Positions 53,601 through 64,000 of a stretch of 64,000 nt of DNA are shown here, one piece after another (position 1 is the first letter of the stretch; each line of letters starts with the position of its first letter). The DNA comes from Balanoglossus misakiensis (taxonomy: Eukaryota > Animalia > Hemichordata). The stretch covers positions 12,341,129 through 12,405,128 of the forward strand of contig CM082576.2 of assembly GCA_040954595.2 (NCBI GenBank), read 5' to 3'. Both the position numbers and the translations under genes were made by a program. The notes beneath the pieces were generated by a model. That model was not told the origin of the DNA, searched no databases, and saw nothing but the letters and a program-made list of their open reading frames with translations.

Positions 53601-53752
53601 TTTACATGCATGTTAATTCAAAGTTTGAAATGTACATACCCTTCATGTAATGGAACACAGAGTACAAGTTGACATGCAAGCATTGCAGTGCCAATGATCA
53701 ATACAACCATGTGAGTTACATCCCTTGTAACCATCGAGATCATCATCGCCAT
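50662..53752 (-). CDS. RNASET2: Ribonuclease T2 family protein, ~280 aa, signal peptide, 8 coding exons
   Basis: Exons (minus): 53640-53752, 53064-53142, 52437-52504, 51938-52010, 51735-51802, 51470-51583, 51162-51288, 50662-50862. Contains WDHLVYAQQWGPTFC, CAS I WLIHGLWP, CAS II HEWRKHGTC and LLQIYFCL. Exact start Met is uncertain because several Mets are clustered. Confidence 0.93.
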
Positions 53753-54219
53753 GACTACGGATCACCACGTTTATATGGTGACATGTGCTACTCTTCAGTC
53801 TGTGAAAGGAAGAAAGAAATCTGTGTTGATCAGTGACAGTTGTGATTGCTGAAAACAATGCAGGCCTTACAACATGACTTAAATTTTTATAACTTCAGTA
53901 TTACTGGAGTCTGCAGTTGTGAATTTTCAGAACTATTTACATACACAAAATGATTGTGTAACTTCTATTGGCTTTTGTGCCAAATTTTGTTAAATGATGG
54001 TAATATGGGTAGGTTTTCTTGCAATTATCAATGCAACTCTAAAGGAAAGAGTCACTGATGCGAATGATCCTTGAGCCTGCGAGGTACATAGACCATACAT
54101 GGAGCTCCATGGACCATACATTTAGGCTGTGGTCTTGGGATGAAGTGGGTGGATTGTTAACCACTGCAAAATTTCGTGGCTGAACGTTGCAACTGGATCC
54201 ATAAACAAACATTACTTAC

Positions 54220-54722
54220 TAGTAATATTGCACTGCAAGTACGCTTTACCCAAACTTCTTTGAACCTTACACGGTACAATTTTAGCCCGTTTTATACGTA
54301 AAGCCTAAAGGAACACAGACGGCTCCTGAGGCTGACGTCCAGTCCAGCTGTCATCACTTCCTTGTAATGAAGGTTCCGGGTACAAAACGGGGAAAACGAT
54401 TGTGTTGCCATTATCACACTGCCAGCAACGATACCGCGTGACTTTGGATAGCATTTCGTAAAACAACTTCCCTGTTTTATTAGTCGCCCGACACAACCGT
54501 CGATGACAATCACGACCACTTTTAGAGACACAGATGGATTTATGGCATGCTCTTCATCTGAACGAGCGCCCCCAACTAGCAAAACAGATTCGAGACTTGG
54601 CAACGGCCGCCGCCATATTTAAATATTTTGTTGGAAGTGTCTTTGGAGTGAAGCAGATTACAAGTTTGGGGAGGGACTGAGTCGTTTTCTGCTTAAGTTG
54701 ACGGCGTTTGTGTGATTCTATG
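54220..54722. promoter_or_regulatory. Bidirectional RNase T2/HYLS1 promoter with 5' non-coding exons
   Basis: CpG-rich interval between a minus-strand donor (~54219) and a plus-strand donor (54723). X-box half-site CTTGGCAAC (54596-54604) and YY1-like CGCCATATTT (54611-54620). Confidence 0.55.
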
Positions 54723-55264
54723 GTAAGTATGAGATATTTTATATCAAAGCTTTTCAAATCAGAGCGTGCTACATGCACAGTTATCCTTATAACATGTTTA
54801 GGGTCGTCTTATGACCTTTACCCTCGAGAACAGTCATGTTTTGACAAAACATTTGTTTTGTTAGGGGAAAATAAGTCTGAACTTGTCGAAGAGTGTTCGT
54901 TGGGATGTTAAGATTTAAATCGGGAGCTACTCCTGACATAGACAGTGGGTCCTGATCGCAGCTTGTGATAGTTAGCTGGGGGATTTCAGATCAGAAATGT
55001 CGGACAAAATGGAAACACAGCCAGAAGTTGCTGATAACAACAGAGATGCAACACAAACTGGCAATGAGGCAGTTGAGCAAGAGAAACCAAAACCAAAGGT
55101 GGGACAATTCATTTGGCAGTACCTGTAACATGAGCACCACCGATCCAACTATGGACACTGACACAGTCGGGCACTTTCCAAAGTCTGTGTTACAAATAGA
55201 TTGTTTTGCGCTTGTTCCTGCAGACTGCATGAATTTTAACAAATGAACTTATCTTTTACAGATT

Positions 55265-58070
55265 ATGGCATCACCGTCCACAACATATGCATCAGATGAA
55301 TCTCTTCACTTTACAGAAGAAGACATCAGGAAACAGTTAGCAGCATTAGGATATCACAATGTACCAGATTATCGCCTTAGAGAGTTTGCAAGAGGTTTGT
55401 ATCCTGGTATTCTGTTACATATATCCCCAGAACATCACATCTATTAAAAGATGTTGTCCATGGGTTTACATGCATGACCGTACAATGAATATGGAAAGAC
55501 ATTTTGTTCTTGGGACATAATGTACTGAAATGATAAATGTGTACTTTTTCTTGCAGATTTAGCTAAACTAGTGGACCATGAAAGATCAAGGACAAGTTCC
55601 CGAAGTAGTTTTCATAGCGACTCTTTTGTTTCAATGTCAGGTAATTATGACTTGAATATGATATATTTATGCAGATATTAATGAGATCCAAATCCTTATA
55701 TTGAAGTAGTACAGACATTAGATGTGGCTCAGAAATCCTGTAACTAAACAAAATCTGATACATGTACAAGAAAAATGTCAATTGACAAGACCAGAGAATC
55801 AGCTATTGAGACCAGTATACATGTATTAGAGATTACAGAATATATCTCACCAAACATTGTGTGGTCTTGCTGGAATGGGTGTATGTGACATTGTTCTGTT
55901 TACGTATGTTTTCAGACACAGAGCCTTATCGCTACTCGCACCGAGTACCATTAGACAGTGCAGCTGGTAGGGGACAACAGCCTTCGCAGAATGCCTCAAC
56001 GGTGAGTAGACCATCAAGTATTGCTTTTGTGAAATATGCAATCGTCGATCAGGTTGGCCTGGACATGGGCTGATACTACCATATGATTTGAAGAGAGATG
56101 AAGGTTATGATAGTCATTGATGGGGTCCATCTACTGTTTTCCAGAGTGAACACACAAAGTATGGCAAAGAAAACTTGGACCAAAACGGTGGCAAGCCGGC
56201 AGATTATGAAGACAGCGGAGTCATGAAAAGGCCCGACTATTCCATGTATGAGAGACAAGAACCTCAAATGCACGAATCAAGAGAACAAGAAAATAGCCCT
56301 GTGAAGACTGATAGATCTTCGGTTCAAGGCTCACCAGGCAAGAAGCTTGTCAGAAAAAGGAAAGTAGTAAGGTAAGAATTGCAGGCGCCTGAACATGTTT
56401 AACATATAATAGACAGTAGCGTGAGTGGGTTGGCTATGGTTTAGTTTACAGTATGCGCATTTAAGTCTATAAACTAAAAGAGATGATAATTCTGTTGCAT
56501 TGCAGGAAAATTGGTGGCCAGTCACAAGTGTTTGATGAGTCTATAACAGAAAGTGAACCAGGTAAGTTAAAAGGGAATTGAGAGAGAAAAAATATGTATA
56601 GGTACACACATACACCTTGGAGCCCTACTGTGTATAAATGACTCCACTGTCATGATGATCAGCAATAGACATGTGATTTGATTGAGATGTCAAAAACTCA
56701 GTGTCACTGTGGATTATTGACTACTATTGTATATGACAGTTATACACATTGGGAATTTAGTCTCATGATTTTTTTTTTTTTTTTTTGTTTCTTCCAGATG
56801 AGGTCAACTCCTTACAGGATCAGTTCAGGCATCTTCCGATCAGAGACGACGATGCCTCATCAGTGACCGAGAGTGAGTCAACAGAGAATATACAGCAGAT
56901 TTACAGCAGAAGACCCCACTCGGCAAGGCCAGATTTGGTAAGTCTTCACAAAGAATTCAATATTCAGTTCTAATGATATTTGTGTATCAGGATAATTCTT
57001 ATTATTTAACTGCAACAAACAGTTATAAAGAGAATCTACCCAACATTTTGTATGACAAAATAAAACGGCATCAGCAAGAAAAGCTTTGGGTACGCTTGCA
57101 TTGACTATTGTACATTTCTGTTCTGTCAATTATAGTACCCACACAGACCTTCCGGTGATGAAGATAGTGTATTCAACCCCCAGTTGCCCAGATCCTGTAA
57201 GTACACGCAACTTCACTGCGATCATTATTTTATCACTTGTGGACGTCAACAGCTTGGAATGCAATGGTTACCGTCATGAATGTTGTAATGAAGTGCATGT
57301 ACATGTGTTAGTTTCCAGTTATTATGTTTGACAGTTTGTCACTCTTCAGTGGTGGGCGCAAGTCATGGCGTTTGTTGGTACCCAGGGAAAATGATCAACC
57401 TTCATTATTATCAGTACATGCATACCCAACCTTCATCCTACTGTCTGAACTTTTTTTTCTGATAACTTTTGTGTATTCTTTCTTTCTTAGTCATACGGCC
57501 ATCAAGTGCCCATCCACATACAAAGAATCTACGGAAGACAGATCCAGTATCAAGGTAAAAAACACTTAACAAAGAAATTTGTCATTTCAATCAAGCTGAC
57601 GTACAATGTCACTTTATCACAAGCATTAAAAATGGGAAGTTGTCATAGATAATAGTTTATATTTACACTTCTTCTTGCTCTTCAGATATCAACTTTATCG
57701 CCAAAGTTGGAATACATTCAAAGTTCCAGGTGAAAAAAGCCGGAAAGAATTGAGATGGGCTGTCAGGGTAGGTTACATTTAACGGTAGCTATTGTGCAAG
57801 CATAGTTGAAGTACATTTGTATTTCCTTGTGATAGAAACAGGATGATGATCCTGTCTCGTGACAAGTGCTTTCTGCACCCTGACATTTGACATTTATGAT
57901 TTCTGCAGGAACAGATGCTTCAACAGGATGAAGTGTACCAGCCTAAACGAGACCAGAGAGTCTATGTGCCGAACAGATACGTCGTGCCGACAGACAAAAA
58001 GAGACAAGCTTTGCGCTGGGAAATCAGAACAGAATTGGCTCATGGTCAGATGCCGCCGAGTAAATTCTAA
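55265..58070 (+). CDS. HYLS1: Centriolar/ciliogenesis protein HYLS1, ~363 aa, 10 coding exons
   Basis: Exons: 55265-55394, 55557-55640, 55916-56001, 56145-56371, 56506-56561, 56798-56937, 57136-57196, 57491-57554, 57686-57767, 57909-58070. Contains KRKVVR...[27 protein letters not shown]...[18 protein letters not shown] and [22 protein letters not shown] (HYLS1 C-terminal domain). An upstream exon ending ATG|gtaagt at 54722 could add two residues in frame. Confidence 0.9.
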
Positions 58071-60583
58071 TCTTTGCATACGTCCATCTATCTAGAATCA
58101 CTATGCCTTGTAATTTTAATTTCTTAGAGCCATCAACAAGTCATAAAGAAAAAAAATTGCACTCCTTCCATCTTTTACCATGTGGTATGTTTCTACCTCA
58201 AAAGTTGTTGGCAGATTTGAAACGCATCCTTTTAGCAAATCACTTGGATGTGTGCTTCTTGCACTGCCAAAGCATTTCATCAAATATCTATAAGATGAAA
58301 TTTTACATTTTTAAATGTTCACCTACCATCATATCACAATTTCAGGTTGGTTCTTTATCTTTCCTTCATGTAGTATATTGTCCTGTTGTCGATATTGTTC
58401 TTTTTAACCGTCTGCTCGCCAACCCGGTTTTGTGAATGAGGCTGTAATCTAGCCATCGCAAAGAGATTTAGTTTTCATTTTTATACGAGATAAATTGAGT
58501 AAAAGAAATCAAATTTTAGATGGGAAATAAATTTTATTTGATTGTATAATTTCACAGAGTACATTTTTAATCATAGCTGTAATTTGCTCAATGTGCTTTT
58601 AAAAATAAAATGTAGGTTTTATAACATTGTGTGTTGTTTCGTGTTTGTTTACAAAACATGCCAGTGTGTCTTTTTTCAGGAGGTGCTACTGAACAGTGGA
58701 CATTTTACTACACTGTCCATATCACCGTTGGAATTTAATTTAAGACCAAACTGTGTAACAGCTCTAAATTCTTTTTGTAGATTTTGAATGGGGGTGAACA
58801 ATAATTGCCCATGCAAAAATATGTAGCTGTAGTCAGTTGTGTAAAGGGTCTGAGACGAATAGATACATGTTACCAGGGTTTCCTCGACCTTGGCACAAAC
58901 ACTGAAAGAGACCAACATGAGAAGAACAAGACAGAGCACAAGAAACATTTTATGAAAGCAGTTTATCATGTACTTTATTCAGTCCAAAACTGCATTTGAC
59001 TAGATTTCACAGAATCAAAAGACCTGATTTTTATTTATGCAGGTACTTGTATCAAATTACTAGCTGAAATGAAATCATATTGCACATAGCATCCATTCAA
59101 AGTTTAAAACAATCATGAAAACTGGTGTAGACTTCCTAAGTTGTATTTCAGCTGTCACCTGGGAACATTCCAAATTAATATACTCTCTTGTCAGTTGCCA
59201 ATAATTTCAATTCAGGCATACAGAGGCAATGGCTGTGTTTCAAACGTTCGCTGAGATATCACAGAAAATGACTTATAGGAAGCAACAATGACTCACTTCT
59301 TGTCCAAGCTAGACTTACTTTGATATTATTACTAAATCTTTCAGATCTTTGACCCTCCTTCACTGACACAGTTTTGGCAAAACACCGTATTATTGTTATT
59401 ATGCTGCTATTGTTCTGTCATTAAAATATAGTGATGATTAGGAGGATATTTTAACAAGCAAATTCAGGTTTGAAAGATGCCTGTAGAAGTTGGTAGCAAC
59501 CATGCATCTATCGATGACTATCAGGTCAATTCATGCACACTATTACAAGGGCAGTTTTATATTTGACAATTTCCATATCTTTGGTATCTCAGCTAGCAGC
59601 TAAAGCAAACACACTTAAACAGATAAAAAACTTCATCTTACTTCCCTAAATATCAAATCGATAAACCCAACCTTTGACCCAAGCAGTGTACATCCTCTGT
59701 GATGAGAAGAAACATTTTCAACAGTGGCAATGGGAGCCACAATCTTTTCAATGAACCTTATTCAGGCTACTCAGTTTCAAACCATGTACCATATGTGATG
59801 CACTGCGGGACCAGTAAGAGTGCCATTCGCTATAACACCACGATGTGATGCAAAGCCTGTGCAAAACATGCACCTTCTCACACAATTTTTTGAAAAGAAA
59901 GATTTATATGCAAGAGATTATTTATATTCATGGGCGTAGTCCACTGTAAATATGACATCATGCAAAATATGACAAATTATTATACAAAACAAAATTAGTT
60001 CCTGGTAAGATGATATATAACTTATAGAATCAACTAACCACGATGGATTGATTGAACTCAACTGTAAATAATTCATAAATACTTTTGTGGTGTATTAAAC
60101 ACTATGACAGAGTGTGCGTAGTCACTTTTGGTTTTCTCTCATCTCACAGCAAAAATAGGCAAGATAGGAATCATTTTAGATTATTTTATATGCTGAGCAG
60201 CCATGCACATGCTCATATAAACATATCCTTGATTATAAAAGTAAAAACTACAAGTATCTACACATACCATTAATGTATTGCTAAGCTGTATCTGGTTAAA
60301 GCATGCTGTGCCTTTAGTATAATGCATTTTTTCCCAAATATCTTATTTGAGAGACACACATAAAAACTCTCCAGTTTGGAAGGCACAGAAATGGTTCTTT
60401 TTTTTTGAAGCCGACAGATTCGACTTCAACCATGACTTGCATCAGCATTCTTGTCTCCTTGGTATCAGGACAGACACCCCTCCTCCATCCAACACTCAGG
60501 ACTATGGTTACGGATTGGGATAAGTGTCCAGGGGGTGACTACCCTAGAACCGTGTCCACTCTACTCAGGCATACTGCACTGCT

Positions 60584-63500
60584 TCAGAGAAATTCCCAAT
60601 CCTCGGTGATATCAGAGTGCTGTTTGGCGGGACTTCTTTCTGAGTGCGTCACAGTTCGCTGCAGGGTTCGTGTTATTCTCTGGTAGATGTGGTCATCTCT
60701 GTCGATGGCCCACAAGTGATTATTTGGTGTTGCTGGAAAAAAATGAAAAAAATGAAAGTATTGAGTCAATGTGTGGATCAGAACATCTGTGCACAATGCA
60801 CAAAAAGTGAAGTTGAAAGAAATTTTCCTCCATAGGGAAGGTACAAATTCAACAGTATTCTTGGTACATGCTTAATAAACAAAGTATAACTCCTTTCCAC
60901 ACAGCTGCCTTTCATTACTGAAGAGGAATAAATTACCATTATTCCCAAAGAGAAACCAACCTGATATAAAAGCAAAGTTTCCGGGTATTTTCTTCCAGTA
61001 ATCACCATTGGGATTGGTCTCGCTTATTCCGTACCTACATGCAATGTCTCCGTTGGGACACAATGCCCACACCATATCAGCACTCACTGCCAGCTGCTGA
61101 GCTGGTGTTCCTGTGGGAATAATGAACATCATTAGTTGAAAATACGCAATCAAGTTATTTCAAACACATACAATTATACCAACCACCACTGCCCACTACA
61201 TACAAAACGTGTATGGTACCAAAGTACATGTACAGTGGAAGTAGAGATTTTGGAGAAATCTTTTTTTCTGAACATGAATTTTCCATAAGTACAATTTTTA
61301 CACATATTCCCACACAGATTGTGTTCAGTTCTATGTATACAGAGATCATACAGACATCGCCATTCTAGAGATTCTGGGAGCATGCATGCACACAATTTCC
61401 TGCACATAGGGGAATTTGGCGTTTCAACCTAAAATTCTGCTTACCTGGTACCAGGTCCCAATCAGTGCCAATAGGCAACATGCGACTCATGCCCTTGCGG
61501 ACGTACACGGCCTTCCTGCTGTCCAAGGCCCACACCATCTCATCGTTGGGTCCAACCACAACCTGGGTGAAATAGGACCCCATGCCCTGTGGTTTGCCCT
61601 CCACTGGCAGCCACGCTGGGTTGAGAGAAGCATGCGTTGGTGGTTTCACCCCCATGCGAAAGTAGATGTTGCCATTGGTGTCACAAGCCCACACTGCTTC
61701 CCTGCCGCAGGACATGTGTGCAACAAGTATGTTGCCTACAAAAAGGAAAAGTCCCATGAATTTTTTTCTAAAAATTAACCATATCCAGTCCAATGCAGGC
61801 AAATCTAGCACATACATAACTTTCACATTATCATACTGCATGAAACGATAACAACGAAACAGATCCAATAAATTGATGGTCTTTTTTCCAGAATCCAGCT
61901 GAACTCACTTTACTACAAAACTGCAACTGTGAATTACCAGTTAACCTCTAGATGAGGAGCATTATTTCTAAACTTTTCGAAATTCATTATGATTCTGAAC
62001 GTTACTGACATTGGTATGCATCATCATCAACGTACACAATCTCATTCAAACATCATGGAATATGACTTTTTGGAAATACTGAGTTGCCGAGCAAAACTCA
62101 CCCAACTGACTGAGATCCAGTGGCTTCCAGCTGACACCCTGCTTGCAGTGGTCAGCCATCCCTGCCCTGATGAAGACGCCGCCATTGTAACTCAGCCCCC
62201 AGACGGCCTCGGGCGTGGCACTGATGAACCTGAACATGACGTTGAGGGGCGGGATCACCGGGGTGGGTTTGCGTGTGTTTGGAGGGAAACAGAACACCTC
62301 CCCGTTGGGTTGCAGTGCCCACACCAGACCTGCCAATGACCAAGGAAATGAACTTTATCAAAGATATGATAACAACAAAACAAAGATAAATATGGAATAT
62401 CATAATTACAGAAGCAAGAAACTTGTTTTAGAAAGGTTGTTTAATTAACTCAGAGGCAGCTACAGTTAATGATGTTTTATGTTTACCATTGCGTGAACTG
62501 GCTGCTGCATTTGCAGATAAACATGCCCATCTTGCTGAATCGGCTATGGCAACTGGAGTGGCCCTCTCCCAACGGTGTCCTGCGAAAAGAAATCAGAATC
62601 ATGCTTACTTTTGAAGGACCTGTACAAAGATATTCAATCATACTTGTAATACATGTAATTGCTTTGTTTTTTAAATGTGGTATTTTGTCAAGTTTATCAA
62701 ATGAAAATGTAATTCAGGGTTTTAATATAACAGTTCCATTCGGCATGAAAGTTAGAAAAATTCTGAGCCACGGTTTTTGAGAACATAGCTTCATACATGT
62801 ATGTTCAGTACTATTCTGGGAAAGTTTGGTATATTTCCGAATGCATGCAGGCAGGCACAGATATACACCCCCACCTCCACATACACACTTACCGAGAAGA
62901 TTTCCCCTTGACATATGCAGGGTGTTCTTGCCACCAGACACCCATACGGCTATACTGTTTGCAGCTATCAGAGTTGGTTTAGATCCTTTCCACAGACTGG
63001 TTACGTACTCCATGGGCTTCTGGATATCGGCGGCAAAATTCAGCACAGACTCAAAGACATTGGAGTCTTGCATCAGGTAGTCACTCAAAGACACCTGCAA
63101 AAAATGGAATATATGCCAATAAATAGTGAGAGTGTGATACCGGTCCACTTTCTCATCCACTGCTCTGAAGGCTGCTGTTGTCAATAACAAGAAGTTAATT
63201 GAGCATCAAACCAAACCATTCTTTAAAATCTGTCATCCCAATGTGAACTCCATTCTTCAACTTGACAGGCTGCATTGCACACTTTAATAGCCAATCAACA
63301 AAAATACACACATACGGTAATCACTAGATGATACAAAATGCATTGGTTTTGTTCATTTCATGAAAGTGCAGTCTGCAGGTAGAGTTAAAAGCAAAGCCTG
63401 GAATTCAAACTGACTGACAATATCTAATCTAACGCAGACCTACCTGCCACCATGTGCCATCTTCTCCTTGAGGGGTTGCTGCTGTGACACCAGGCCTGAA

Positions 63501-64000
63501 CCAAACTGATCCTTTGTCATCTATGCCCCAGCCGGTGTCTGGACCCAATGCAATGCATGTGAATGCTAAGTTGTCCCTGCAAGATATACCAAGTGTGACA
63601 ATGTCTCCTCTGTGCCCTTAATCAAACAAGCAATGAGAAGTAAAGTGCCTTGCCCAAGGACTCAACACAATAGCTTTGTCGGTAGTGTCCCCTCTAAGCC
63701 CATCTGACGTGTCACTGACTCAACAAATCATTGGTGACTCAAGAAACTTTTCCACACTACATGCAAATGTATAGGGCTATTACTCATAGAAATTTTTAGA
63801 AATCCTCTAATTGACTCAAAGCTTTCGTAAGAGGGCACACTGCTTTACTGGTGCCCAAACCAATGATCCTTGCTTGGACCATGAGTCGACTGCTGAAACT
63901 GCTGGACTGTGCTATATTTAATCTAAGTGTAGTTTACTTACTTTTCTGATTCTACAAGTTTCCAGCCAATACCTCCAGGATGTTCTTGTGACATCCCCAC
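60584..64000 (-). CDS. TECPR2: Tectonin beta-propeller repeat-containing protein 2, 3' portion (gene continues beyond window)
   Basis: Exons (minus): 63942-64000 (partial), 63444-63576, 62893-63094, 62487-62579, 62102-62329, 61445-61735, 60961-61110, 60584-60732. Tectonin repeats (VWAL...G.V..R.G......G..W) and a C-terminal LIR EDWEFL* like the terminal WEVI of human TECPR2. Confidence 0.88.
63625..63912 (+). mobile_element. SINE remnant (MIR/CORE-like motif), interrupted by the MITE
   Basis: gtaaagtgccttgcccaaggactcaacac resembles the aagtgacttgcccaaggtcacac motif of MIR/CORE-type SINEs and appears to continue after the MITE. Boundaries approximate. Confidence 0.45.
63683..63842. mobile_element. 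~160-bp MITE with (C/T)AGTGT.CCCTCT termini nested in a SINE remnant
   Basis: tagtgtcccctctaa ... taagagggcacactg inverted ends. Flanks ctttgtcgg / ctttactgg resemble a decayed TSD. Confidence 0.5.

Noticed and set aside
54292-54603. 103-aa minus-strand ORF in the RNase T2/HYLS1 intergenic region
   Set aside because: No recognisable domain, non-ATG start, and it lies in a CpG-rich promoter where stops are scarce.
55399-55407. GTATCCTG as a U12 donor in HYLS1
   Set aside because: The upstream gtttgt donor gives the correct phase and the acceptor has a normal pyrimidine tract.

Overview
Eukaryotic, intron-rich animal genomic DNA. An invertebrate deuterostome is likely (inference from vertebrate-like exon structures and gene content). 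I reconstructed eight protein-coding genes by hand from GT-AG splice sites and reading-frame continuity: intronless METTL25B/RRNAD1 (+), presenilin (-, 10 coding exons), a giant ~4,900-aa membrane-anchored mucin with nine CUB domains (-), Rab1 (-), adenylate kinase 7 (+, 17 exons), RNase T2 (-), HYLS1 (+, 10 coding exons) and the 3' part of TECPR2 (-). Several small TIR elements, a SINE remnant and microsatellites are also present. The most unusual feature is the CUB mucin. Its two huge ORFs join through two short introns that still read as decayed copies of its own mucin repeat (apparent intronization, possibly giving secreted versus membrane isoforms). It has two distinct CUB classes, one carrying an extra CxxC motif, and a 5' junction with minor-spliceosome-like signals. 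All gene models are manual and were not checked against transcripts or databases.
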